Positions 25,128-37,983 of a stretch of DNA of 64,000 nucleotides are shown one piece after another. The stretch's first letter is position 1; every line of letters starts with the position of its first letter. A model generated the notes under the pieces. It was not told the origin of the DNA and searched no databases. It saw only the letters and a list, made by a program, of their open reading frames with translations. The position numbers and the translations under genes were made by a program. Origin of the DNA: Macrostomum lignano (lineage: Eukaryota); assembly GCA_002269645.1 (NCBI GenBank), contig NIVC01000248.1, forward strand, positions 62,001-126,000, in the 5' to 3' direction.

Positions 25128-25640
25128 ACCCTGACCCTGAATTAGACCCGCCCACTCAGACCCTGACCTGAATTAGACCCGCCCACTCAGACCCTGACCC
25201 TGAATTAGACCCGCCCACTCAGACCCTGACCCTGAATTAGACCCGCCCACTCAGACCCTGACCCTGAATTAGACCCGCCCACTCAGACCCTGACCCTGAA
25301 TTAGACCCGCCCACTCAGACCCGCCCACTCAGAACGGACAGCGAGCTGGCGACAGACCCTGAATTAGACCCGCCCACTCAGACCCTGACCTGAATTAGAC
25401 CCGCCCACTCAGACCCTGACCCTGAATTAGACCCGCCCACTCAGACCCTGACCCTGAATTAGACCCGCCCACCTGACCCGCCCACTCAGACCCTGACTCC
25501 TTACCTGACCCACCCACTCAGACCCTGACTCCTTACTTGACCCACCAACTTACACCCTGACTCCTAACCTGACCCACCAACTTACACCCTGACTCCTAAC
25601 CTGACCCACCAACTCAAACCCTGACTCTTTACCTGACCCA
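25128..25640. repeat. Minisatellite, ~32-bp unit GACCCTGACCCTGAATTAGACCCGCCCACTCA, decaying distally
   Basis: Tandem repetition visible. Confidence 0.9.
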
Positions 25641-26479
25641 CCGACCCAGATCCCGACTCTTTAACTCGTCCATTCCATCATCAAATCTCATTAGGTCTCT
25701 CATTGGTAATGATTCCCAGGCCTTCCACACCTGCCATTTGCCACACCTGTAAGTCTTTCCCTCAGTAGTTCTCTGTTAAATTCGATTTTCAATTTCCCAT
25801 ATGAGTCCATGCAATCAGTTCCTGAAAGGGCAAAATGGCGTGACAAAATGCTCGGTCAGGCCTCAACATTTTTTCCATTCGCTAATTTCATTCTAATGGA
25901 ATAATCATGGACCCGTTCACACTGGCTTGCATGTACCATTCAGCTGCTTAACTAATAAGCGAACGAGGAGATGAAGAGGAAGGAGGCTGAGCCCGACCGA
26001 GCTCACAATATGCTTAGTAAGACCCGCGCGCTCGCATCCCTAAGCCGATGGGGATCAGGAAATCTCCCCTAGCACAATAACTCGTTCCCGCAAGGCCAAG
26101 AGAGGATATGTCTGGGACTGCAACGACCCGATCGAGTTCGAGTCGGCATGCCGAGCAGCCAAATCCGGTAATAAATCTTTCAGAAGCAGCACAGAGCTGA
26201 GATGGAGAGCGATCTTGGATGCTTGAATAACTGGTTTCGTGCGTACGACCGTATGGGGCAGCCATGGCATTGCGCGGCGGAGATGCTCTGGTTGGGACAG
26301 ACGCACCACCGGCGTCAGCCTTAATTCTATATACAGAGCAGCAATCTGAGCCCAAGCAAAAAAGCGCGATAAAAACCTACTCCTTCTGCATCTTGAGTTG
26401 CGCAAAAAAAATTCAGTTTATAGAGATTACATCAGACCGATATCATGAATGATCAAGCACTTGCTAATAGAATCCGGAG

Positions 26480-26950
26480 AGCAGTGGGGAACAGGTGAGG
26501 AGAGGTGGGAGATTAGGTGACAGGGCTGAGGTGATGAGGCTAGATCGGAGACTGTTTCATAGCTCGGATTTAAAGTTGCAAGTCTTGTTGCTTGCGGCGA
26601 TTCTGTTGGAGCTGCTTTCGAATGGGAGAGGTGGGGGAGAGAAGGAAGAGGTAGGAAAGAGATGGGAGAGAGGCGGGGGAGAAGCGGGGAGAGGCGAGAG
26701 AGGTGGGGAGAGGAGTGGGAGAGGTGGGAGATATGGGGGTGAGGCGTGGGAGAGGTGGGGGAGAGGCGTGGGAGAGGGGGGGGAGAGAGAGGCGAGAGAG
26801 AGGTGGGGAGAGGAGTGGGAGAGGTGGGAGATGTGGGGGAGAGGTGGGATTGAGGTGGTGGTGAGGCGTGAGAGGTGGGAGATGTGGAGAGGCGAGAGAG
26901 GTGAGAGAGGCGTGGGAGAGGTGGGAGAGGTAGGAGAGGCGTGGTGTGGG
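26480..26950. repeat. Purine-rich (GA-rich) low-complexity tract
   Basis: Strongly G/A-biased with GGGAGAGG-type units. Confidence 0.85.
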
Positions 26951-27734
26951 AGAGCAGTGATGGGGCAGCAAGTGAAGAAGAAAGATGCAGGGAATATACG
27001 AAGGAAATCACGGCACGCATACCCGTTTTACATACACTGCAGTGGGAAGCAGATTGCATTTGAACCAGTCAACGGACAAGATAATCCATGTTAATCCCCG
27101 TAGACAAGCCCAGTCGATAATCTGGATGAGCTCGATCACCTTGAGCTCCGTCAGCAGCGACAGCGCGAGGGGCAGGTGGGGAGCAAAGCTGATACTCGTA
27201 ATGCCATGAGCAGCACCTCTCGAGCGGCACCAGCTCAGGCTTGCAATCACAGCGATAGAGACCCTGCGCAGGTGCGAATTGGCCGCGTAATGCAGCGCAA
27301 TTTAGGCAAAATTGCCTCGTACACAAGTCAGGGATGTGTAATCAAGACAGTGCATGTTAATCGGGTGCCACAGCTGGCGGAGATGCAGCTGAAGAGTCGA
27401 ATCAAAATACATCCCAGTCCTCAAGCTTTAATTACCACTTACCTGATAGAGCTGTAGCTGGGACGAACTGACCGAAAAAAAAATTGATTGAAGCGACTGA
27501 AAAGCCTCAGCGACTGCCCACTCCCACTTACGTAAAAATAGGCGGCAGTTTTCCGGGATTTCTCGGAGCGGGCGCCTCAGAATCCGCACTGGCTGGCACG
27601 ACTGGCAGCCAATCAGAACGAGTGCAACAGCACTGCATAGGAGGCGAGACAGAAATGACAAGGACCCACACTGATTCTGTACTCAGACTGAGTCAAATGC
27701 AGTAATTTTTCTCCTCAACAGTTGATTTCCCCAG

Positions 27735-28280
27735 CAACTGAGTATCTGAGAGGCTGACCCAGCAACTGAGGATCTGGGAGGTTGGCCCAGAAACTCAGAC
27801 TCTGGGAGGCTGGCCCAGCAACTGAGGGGATTTGGGATACTGGCCCAGCAACTGAGGATCTGGGAGGCTGGCCCAGCAACTGAGGGGATTTGGGATACTG
27901 GCCCAGCAACTGGGGATCTGGGAGGCTGGCCCAGCAACTGGGGATTTGGGAACCTGGCCCAGCAACTGGGGATCTGGGAGGCTGGCCCAGCAACTGGGGA
28001 TTTGGGAACCTGGCCCAGCAACTGGGGATCTGGGAGGCTGGCCCAGCAACTGGGGATTTGGGAACCTGGCCCAGCAACTGAGGATCTGCTTAGGAGACTG
28101 GCCCAGCAACTGAGGATCTGCTTAGGAGGCTGGCCCAGCAACTGAGGATCTGCATAGGAGGCTGGCACAGCAACTGAGGATCTGGGAGGCTGGCCCAGCA
28201 ACTGGGGATCTGGAAACCTGGCCCAGCAACTGAGGATTTGCTTAGGAGGCTGGCCCAGCAACTGAGGATCTGGGAGGCTG
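27735..28280. repeat. Minisatellite, 28-bp unit CCCAGCAACTG(A/G)GGATCTGGGAGGCTGG
   Basis: Tandem repetition; overlapping ORFs are repeat translations. Confidence 0.9.
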
Positions 28281-28883
28281 GCGATGTGTGGCCAAGGCAG
28301 AAAAGAATAACGCAACAATGGAACATTTGTCGAACAAAGACTTCAGAGACTCTCACAAAGACTGCGAAGACAGCCAGTTACCGGGTGCAGATGAAGGCCG
28401 GGTGCAGTCATCTAGCTAGCTTAGCCTAAGATTTAAGTATTTCTAATTTATTTAATATTGGTTTGCGAACACACTGGGTGACAGTTAAGAGTTCAAAGTA
28501 AATGGCTGTGCACTGCGCTGACTACAAGAATAGCAAAGAGGTTTTATAACGGCACAAAACGCAGCTTGTATTAGCATTACTATTTATGTTATCTAATAGT
28601 TAAAACACATGCAAAGGAGTAGACAGTTAAGTATATCTGATTAAACGCAAAATTAACAAAGCCTCACGCGCACACTCACGAGACAGTGGGGGGTTGGGAG
28701 GACAATGCAGATGATAAGACAGAGAAAATAAAAATAAAAATTTACTCAATATTAACAATCAGTAACCGCACACAGCATGCCTAAAAGTAAACGCTAGCAG
28801 TGTAGCGGACTAAATGAGAGAATTGTGCTGGCCAGCATCCAAGGCATGACAGCGGTCGGTCAGACCCCCCCCCCCTACCCTGG

Positions 28884-29114
28884 TCACCAGCGATCGTTCT
28901 TGCCCGCTCCGGAGCGGCAGCTCTGCATCAGCTGACCGGCTGAGAAGCTGGACAAGGTGACTCCGGCCAAGGCCAGCAGCACCAGGGCTCCGGTGGCTAC
29001 CGATCCGCCTGTGCGGTTGTCGCCGTTGCCGCTGCCTGCGCCGCCACCGGCTCCGCTGTCTCCGGCGCTGGATTGTCGGCGTGAGGACTGAGCAGGCTGC
29101 TCCAGGCGGAGTGA
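28884..29114 (-). CDS. Candidate terminal coding exon with Gly/Ser linker and C-terminal hydrophobic segment; upstream exons not identified
   Basis: Acceptor CTCCCAG|TCA, open 77 codons: SLRLEQPAQSSRRQSSAGDSGAGGGAGSGNGDNRTGGSVATGALVLLALAGVTLSSFSAGQLMQSCRSGAGKNDRW*; GC-rich island in AT-richer context. Confidence 0.45.
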   Translation of the reverse strand, partial: SLRLEQPAQSSRRQSSAGDSGAGGGAGSGNGDNRTGGSVATGALVLLALAGVTLSSFSAGQLMQSCRSGAGKNDRW

Positions 29115-29174
29115 CTGGGGAGCGACAAGTTATATTGGGGGGGGGGGTTTAATTGCCAAAGATAAAGCTTCATT

Positions 29175-30022
29175 GCGACATATTTGATTCTTATAATGAG
29201 ACACCATTATGACACATTTGATTCCTAGAAATGACACCATTGGGACACATTTGATTCTTAGAAATGAGACGCCATTATGACAAATTTGATTCTTAGAAAT
29301 GAGACGCCATTGTGACACATTTGATTCCTAGAAATGAGACGCCATTGTGACATTTGATTCTTAGAAATGACACCATTGGGACACATTTGATTCCTAGAAA
29401 TGAGACGCCATTGTGACATTTGATTCTTAGAAATGACACCATTGGGACACATTTGATTCTTAGAAATGAGACACCATTATGACAAATTTGATTCTTAGAA
29501 ATGAGACGCCATTGTGACACATTTGATTCCTAGAAATGAGACGCCATTGTGACATTTGATTCTTAGAAATGACACCATTGGGACACATTTGATTCTTAGA
29601 AATGAGACACCATTATGACAAATTTGATTCTTAGAAATGAGACGCCATTGTGACACATTTGATTCCTAGAAATGAGACGCCATTGTGACATTTGATTCTT
29701 AGAAATGACACCATTGGGACACATTCGATTCTTAGAAATGAGACACCATTATGACACATTTGATTCTTAGAAATGAGACGCCATTGTGACACATTTGATT
29801 CCTAGAAATGAGACGCCATTGTGACATTTGATTCTTAGAAATGACACCATTGGGACACATTTGATTTTTAGAAATAAGACGCCATTATGACACATTTTAT
29901 TTCTAAAAATGAGAAGACGCCATTGTGACACATTCGATTCTTAGAAATGAGAAGACGCCATTATGACACATTTTATTTCTAAAAATGAGAAGATGCCATT
30001 GTGACACATTTGATTCTTAGAA
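29175..30022. repeat. Minisatellite, ~33-35-bp unit GACACATTTGATTC(T/C)TAGAAATGAGACGCCATT
   Basis: Tandem array with a higher-order pattern of variant units. Confidence 0.92.
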
Positions 30023-33000
30023 AGAGACGATCCGCCATGTCAGTTACTAGTACGGTTATGGTTATTTTGTAGCAGTGGGAGGGGGGCTCTGGGCTCTGCC
30101 GCAAATTAAAGGTGACAGCCGACCCGCAGCCAGCAAGGCACACGCTGACACTGGAGGTACCGCTGTACCATCGCCTTGCGCGGGTCGGCCCTCATGGGCG
30201 AGACTTGCACAAATTCCCAGGCCTAATTTACTTCAGACTGAGAATCGAACCAAGGCCCCCTGGACACGTCAATTCGCTGAGCTACAGAGCCAATTCCAGT
30301 AATTCGCGGCCAATTTGCCAACTGCAACGCAACCGACAGCAACTAAAATCCCGAGCTGTGCTTTTCAAAAAACCCGCGGCTCAATTTCTTAAGCCCTATT
30401 TTCTTTCAAATTCAAATGAGGTTCCGCTCTACAGATGGAGGAAGGAGGCTGGGCGAGTTTGATTTATCAGCAGCAGGCAACCGCAACTCTGCCCCACCAC
30501 CCTTCCCCTAATTCGCGATCTTTTCCATCTTAGATTCGGCTCGGTCCCAGCTTATAGAAGCGGAATTCTCTGAATGGACTTGAGTCGGCTCTGACTATAA
30601 TAAAAGTTCAAGCAAACAGAGCCGGTCCAGCTGCCTCGCAGAATGTCTAAATAGGTGCAGATTTGAATTCGGGGAGCCAGACAGAAATTCCAATTATCCA
30701 AATATGTTTGGCAGCCAAGCAGAACAAGCAGGAAAATGGCAAGTGAAACAGGCAATTCGCAAATAGTGCTTTCGCTTTTAGAAAATGATTAGAAATTTAG
30801 AATTTGCTATTTTCGCTCAATTTAATTAACAGTGTTGTGAGTGCTTCTGAATTCGATGCAATTATTCACAGCACGACTCAAAAGCTCCAAGTATCAGCTA
30901 GCAGTCACGGTCGCCATGACAACAGTATTTAGGCTCTATCTCAGATACAACGGCTTTTTGCAGCCCATTTGGGCCTACAAGCATTGAATCCGATATTTGC
31001 TTGCTAAAGTAATTTGGTCCAACAGGCATCAATTTGGTTAGCATCAATATGAGCATAATTCTAAAAGCCATTAGACTGGAGTACCTTGTGTTGTCTTGTC
31101 TTTAAACATATTTTTAAAATGCTTTTTATGAAGCTTTCTGCTAAACTAAAAGCCAATCCAGTTATTATAGTTAGCAAATACACGTAGGAGCAAACATGCC
31201 ATGTCATTCACTTGAAACAATGGTTTACACAGAAAAGACCAGGTTTACTAAACACTCACATTGGTGGCAGAGTTGAGCCGGTACAGATTAATGCTTGAGT
31301 AGGATCTCCGCAGGACAGACATTGTGACAAGTAATTAGCAAGTTAGCAAAATCTAATTCAAATCTTTTAATTAAAATCTTAGGTGTGGCCTCCACTGAAA
31401 TTGTATTCAAGTTGGTTTGTAATGGATAATTCAGCAAAAATAGATTGCATTACAGCATAACCTACTAACAAGAGTAGAAAGTAGTGAAAATATTCAATTT
31501 ATAATTTGATTAAACAAAAAATTAAATACAAAATAACTGAGAATTTTTTAACTTTAAAGGCAACTGAACTTTTATGCTAATTATTTCTTAAAACTTACGC
31601 TTGTTATGATATGGTAAACCCCCACACAGCAATTTTGCTGCACTGGAATGGAGCAATGCAGACACAAAATTGGTAAATATATGCTAACTTTCTATTGCAT
31701 ACCTTTCTATTGTAGTGATAACAACATAGCCTAAAAAGTTCATAAATTATATATTACACATCTTATGTATGTGGCTTCTTATTTATGCAACTAAGACTTA
31801 TAAAATTGAATAATTAATAGTAGGCTAATAGGCAAACTAGCTACTAACTTTAATAATATAACTTTCAAAATTTTGCTGAAGCCCTTATTAAATTAATATA
31901 TATTTATTTATGACTTGCAATACTTTGTAAGATATCATTTAGGCTAGACATTTCTAGTTTTTGGCATAAATTTGGTTTGGTAAGCATTCTATGCATGCAG
32001 TTAGCAAGTCAATTAGTTGAAAGTTGATTTGCCAAAAGTCAATTTGTCAAAAGCAGGTTGTTTTGCCAAAATTTTATATATATAAACATTATTTGTTAAA
32101 AAAGTAACTTATAAAATCTAATGAACAAATAAAACAAAGTTAATAAATGGGGCTAAATGCATTGAAGGTTGAAATATTGAAACATTAAAATATCAAAAAA
32201 AAATTGTTCTATTGCATACAAAAAAGCAGCTATATTAGAAATAAATATTCTACAACTGGTATATAGGCATAATTAAAACAATTATCAAAAATGCCAATTG
32301 AAAAATTAAGCTCAGGACAAGACCTTCAATAGTGAACTTATAGTTTGGAAGGCAACATGAATGCTAGAATTTCCTAGTATACAACAAAGGTACTTGCCTT
32401 TTTTAAATGTATTAGTATATTTCTTGGTGTATATGGTACAGTAGAAACATTGTATCAGTGACATTTTTTTGTCCCAGCATACAAGCAATGTTTTATACTT
32501 TTTCTAGTATTAGAATTAAGCCTTAGATACACAAATGACTAATATATAATCCAAACTATAGCAGTCAACCAGGCCTATATATTGCTTAGACGTAATACTA
32601 TGATATTAGATATAAATTAGCAATCTAGCACCCCCCTTTGGGGTGGCCAATAAGCAAGGGACAAATCCTTTAAAATGAAATGAATTCTTAGGGGGGGGGA
32701 GGGCTAGGAATTGAATTCTCATTTTAATTCTGGGCTTATATACCAATAAAACATGCGAATCACAGCACTATAACGATTCCCCCCAAGCTTTGACATCATA
32801 GCAATTCCCAAATGAATGACTTTTCTTTTATCTATACATAGTGCTTCTTTTCTTTTTTACATGACTCTTTTTCTATCAGTGCCTGCCCCCATGGCGAGCC
32901 AACAAAGAATGCAATAAAAAATTAAGTAAAGTACATGTACTTTGAAGTAGCTTCTGACTTTTGCTTTGACATCTCAGAAACCCCCCCCCCCTGTAATCTC

Positions 33001-33084
33001 AGAAATTCTCTGTGAGCCTTGACATCGCAGTAATTCTCCCTAGCATAGCACTATAGCTTCATTTAATTTTTACATGACAACTTT

Positions 33085-33445
33085 CATGTCTGACATGATG
33101 CTTCTTTTAATTTTTATATGACGTTTCTTTTATTTATCCATGATGCTTCTTAATTTTTAAATGACACTTCTATTAGTTTTTATAAGAGGCTTCTATGATT
33201 TTTTCATGATGCTTCTATGATTGTTTCATGACACTTTTATGATTTTTACATGACGCTTCTATGATTGTTTACATGACACTTCTATGATTTTTTACATGAT
33301 GCTACTATGATTTTTACATGATGCTTCTATGATTCTTTCATGACACTTTTATGATTTTTACATGACGCTTCTATGATTTTTACATGATGCTTCTATGATT
33401 TTTACATAACGCTTCTATGATTTTTACATAACGCTTCTATGATTG
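33085..33445. repeat. Degenerate ~22-bp minisatellite ATGATTTTTACATGACGCTTCT
   Basis: Tandem repetition visible. Confidence 0.85.
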
Positions 33446-36400
33446 TTTACACATTAAAATATATTTGAAATTGTCAATTTTTTATTATTGATACATTAAT
33501 AATAACATTAATAACATTAATAATAACATTAAAATTAAAGACAAAACAAAGTCAAGTAGACCTAAAGTTAAACACAAAATTAAATTATAATAACTAACAA
33601 ACATAAAATGGGTTTGAAACTTTTCATTTTCCTAGGCTAAAAACCAATTCTGGTTCTGGAACCAATCTTCATGAAAAGTCTTAAATAGACTTTTGGCAAA
33701 GGTTTTTGGCAAAGTAACTTTTGCCAAAATAGTTTTTAATATTTTATACTTTTTGATTAGGCCTAATCATTTTATTCTTGTATGCATTAGGTTCTACTTC
33801 TAGTGTGTTTTCTAATAAAGAAAATAGTTAGGCCTAGTGAAACTCAATGACCTAACATGATCTAAATTTAGAGTATGCCCTATAGATAAATTGCTAAAGT
33901 ATACCAGCCCTAAATTCTAAAAAATTCTGAATTATCTAAACATTTAATGAAACCTTAAAGCTGATTTGTAATCTAGGATCTAGGCTGGACCACTAGGCCT
34001 AGGCCTAGAATGGCTTATAGCTGGAACTGGCTCATTATAAGTATGGGAGGCCTATGTCTATGAACAAAATGGAACAGATTAGGCCTTAGCCTAGCCTGCC
34101 TGCCTAGGGCCTACTGATGTTACAACTCATAGACCCTAATGTCCCTACCCTAAGTAAAAGTAAAAAATAGAGCAAAACTACAAAATAAAAAATACACAAG
34201 CCTTATGCATGGTGAGACTAGCTGGTGACAGGAGTCATGAGAATTATTGCAAAAAATATTTATTAGATTAGGCCCCATTGTTTTCTATAGAGACTAGCTA
34301 GATTACTATCATAGTAGGCCTATCACTCAGCAGTGAAAATATTCTGCAAAAAATATTCCTCAACAGTTAGCTTATATAGGCCATGCTTAAATAACCGTGG
34401 ACGATCGAACCGTGGACCTGTTGGAAATGTTAGGCATTCGCATTCCGTCAGTGCCCTTAGGCTACCGTTGTCACGCTCAAGCTGCATGCTTCTAATCTTT
34501 CCATTTAAAGCATAAAAGTACATACTCTGTGTAGATAATTTTGCTGTAACGCACTTAATGATTGATCTTTTTGTAGATTATTTAAGAATTAAAGCGATAA
34601 GGAAACTTTGAACCACAGAATTCATTGGAAATGTTTTGACAATAACTGTAAAAAACACAAGCTTTTGTTTTACTTTATTGGGCCGTTATAACAAACTTGT
34701 AACGCTTTTATAGCTTTAAAATGTTCAAAGCAAAAAAGTATCAAATATTATTGACTCGCCCTAAAGAACAGCGAGGGCTTAAAAAACAGAGATAAAGGTT
34801 ATTAAAGTTTTTTTAATGCTTCAAGTTTGGTTTTTTCTAGGAATAATTTGCCGTATATTTTGCAAAATCCAAACCAAACCAGTCTTGGCAGGACTGTATA
34901 ATTTCTAATTTATTAGAAATTTTTTTAACTTTTTTAATTCCTATACATAAATCTTTTGGTTATTGGGAGAAGATGTTTTAAAAATAGTTCCAACCAAGTA
35001 CTACTCAAAGAGAAGAGCGGGAAACCTTGTTTTTGGTAAATTTAGGAGGCCGTTTTTTCCGAAAAAAGAAAAGGGAGGGACGCCAAAAAATCACAACTTA
35101 CTTTTGTGGAATCTCCATCAGGTAGCCTAGACAAGGGTTTAGACATGGTACACGATCCCTGCAAACAAAATTTAAACTTGGGGCATTGTATTACAAAATT
35201 GATGAAAAGCCTAGGTTGCGTTATCCGATCCCTTTCCATACATTTCCTCCATTTGAATGATCAAATAACAAAAGTGAATATAGAGACATCCCTACTCTTG
35301 CCAAGAATTGTGGCTTACGATTAATTAGGGTAATTGTGCTTCAAATATACTCCACTGATATGCAAAAAAGACTCCTATCTATCTTTTACAAAGAGGATTG
35401 TATAACGAAAGTGCATGTTCTGTAAGACAAATGTAAGGGGGATCATAAAGCGAAAGAATGCCCATAGTAATTACTAGGCCAAGGCCTATTTAGTTAGTCA
35501 TATATAAGACATAGAAGGTTTTTATTTTTTATTACATGTATATGTATGGATGTTTTCATTATGATGATTATAATCTAGTACAATTGTTGTAGGCCTATTC
35601 AATTGAATCATGACCATGTTGCTTTTAAGGAGAAATTCAAAAGGCCAAACTCAAAATTAAACTATAAAACTATAATTTTATACACACAATTGCATAAATA
35701 AATAATGATATCACTGATTCAACTGAGGCTATAACTAACTAGGCCTGGACAATAATTGACACCAAAGCATCTGAACTTGTCACCAAAGTATTTAAACTTG
35801 TCATTGAAATGGTTTTCACTAAAATATCTTGACACTAGGTATTGGTCATTTTGGTGACAAGTCGTTTTAATGACAAACATTTCGGTGACAAATAGTCATT
35901 TGGGTGACAAGTTGCTTTTATTATAGACACACTTGATTTTTTAAATAAAAATGGAAGATTTTATGAGGATAGTCATTTTAATGATAGTAACTACTTTAGA
36001 ATATCTATCATCTTGTAGCTTTTTGAAGATTTATGTTTCGTTTAAATTTGAAAATTTCACTCAATTACCTATGTAAGAAAAAAATCAAACAAAATAAATG
36101 GTTTTATTTTTGTGTAGGTCATTTTAAATTGTCCCATAATATTCAAACACATAAAACCATAAACCTATAGAGAATTCTCATGGCATGCCAACTACAAAAA
36201 AGTAGCCTAGATTAGATTTGGAAAACATATAAATTCAAAAGATTGCAATTCTATAAGTGTAAGTAAACCAAAGTTAAATAAGCTAAATCAATATCTAACA
36301 ATTGTAGAAAATTATTGAAAAGTTAAGGTTCAATATCCCTTAAGATTTTCAAGTTAATTTTCTATTAAAAACAACATAGCTATCACCAAAGGGTATTTTT

Positions 36401-36479
36401 CTTGTCAGCAAAACAATTGTCACCAAAAAGTCTTGTCACCAAAATGACTGTAATCCTTGTCACCAATCTGACCAATAAC

Positions 36480-36662
36480 CTTAGAGCATTGGATTCACAA
36501 CTTGAGAGTTAAGGGGTTGACTCTTAATCTACTTGGAACAATTTAACTTTGTAGGCCTATCCTTGAGCAAAACACTTAAATTTTCATTACTTCAGTTCAT
36601 CTAGCTAGTTGTAAAATAAGTATTATGCCTAGCATTAGCTAGGATAATTGAGGGTATATGCT
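36480..36662 (+). mobile_element. Old, AT-eroded copy of the CORE-type SINE seen at 9223
   Basis: CCTTGAGCAAAACACTTAAA...TTGTAAAATAAG...AGCATTAGCTAGGATAATTGAGGGTATATG aligns to 9275-9365. Confidence 0.65.
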
Positions 36663-37983
36663 ATACTTTGGAAGGTATATATCATGCTAGAAATTTCTGG
36701 TGTGCATTTGGGTATGTGGCCTAGTAGCTTTGTTTTTTCTTGTGCATTTTTGAAACATAATGTTTGAATGTATATTTTACTGTTTTTGTTTGTAGGCCTA
36801 TTGTTAATTATTGTCAATGGTGTGCATGGCATATAGCCAATAAGCATGGTGTATAGTGGCTTTATAAACAAAAATCTCTGGTATACATTCTGGCATGTAT
36901 CTAACATGATCTGGAGTATAGAATATATGGTGATTCCCTAGTCTTTAGACTAAATAAATAGTTCTTACTTGTAGATTGGTCTTGAAAATGTTTTTAGTAT
37001 ATAGGACTAGGCCTATGTCAATGTCACCTTGACTATTCAAAGGCATTGTGAGTTTATTTATTAGCATAGTAAAGCCTGAGGGATGGCAAGACACTTATGT
37101 AAAATGAGTATAAAATTTATTAGATAAGCTATAGCCTTTTCCTAGGGCTTTTTCCCATCTTCCTGCTTTTAAAAATGGTTAGGATAGGCCTAATTTAGGG
37201 TTGATTTTGTAAGTAATAGTGTCAAATTAAATTTGAATAAACTGTTTCTATTACAAAAGAAACAAAGATTCATTCTAAATAAATCTATAGTCTATAAAAG
37301 TTATTTTCAGATCTTTTTTATAAATAGGGCTAGGCCTATACCTTCTGCTATTTATATATGATTTAACTTATGTAGTTTCTGCAATTTTTGTAATTTTAAG
37401 TGCTAATTTGTCATTTTAGTCCTTTTGTGGTCTTGTCATTTAGGTAATAAAAATACTTTGATATTAGCCTAGGCACAGGAAATTCTACTCATATATTGCT
37501 AAATGGAGATAGAAATAAAACTTGTCATAGTGAAATTCAGTCTGTTTAACAAATAGACTAAAAGTTTAGCCATTTATTTTCTTAATAGGCTTAAATGATT
37601 AACACATCAATCACTTATTTGTTTAGAATAATTACTTGGTATGCATTTTTAGGTTCTTTGCTATTTTGTATATATATTAGTTGGCCTACTTCCACAATAC
37701 ATATTGACTGACTGTAAATCTAGCAGATAAGTGCAGTTTTGAAATTTGAAAATAAAAAACTGTTTAACACAAATAAAGTATTTTTGGAAGCACAAAACAA
37801 AGTGCTAAAATTTAAATGTAAGCTGTAAAATTTGCTACTATAGGGTGCCCATTTTGTCATGGGTAACAAGGCTGCATTGTTGTTGTAACCATAATTAACT
37901 ATGGAATATTAAATTAATACTCCTGCATCTTGATTATGGCTTCCTAACGCATTTCATGCTGCTCCAGGCGGAGTTCTGCAGCA

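Noticed and set aside
26070-26230. Weak resemblance of a plus frame (WDCNDPIEFESACRAAKSGNKSFRSS) to a pipsqueak/CENP-B HTH
   Set aside because: Short, lacks the conserved GVP/STL turn, and is flanked by stops.
26055-27661. Three-exon minus-strand model (MQCCCTRSD.../VSIAVIAS.../IAALYIEL...) and competing plus-strand exon-like frames at 26.0-28.4 kb
   Set aside because: Phases can be joined on the minus strand, but equally plausible plus-strand frames overlap them (e.g. TSPVDNLDELDHLELRQQ). No domain is recognisable, so strand and model cannot be supported without transcripts.
35760-36480. Clusters of GTCACCAA / TTGGTGAC in inverted orientation
   Set aside because: Probably a decayed foldback/MITE remnant, but no termini or TSD could be defined.
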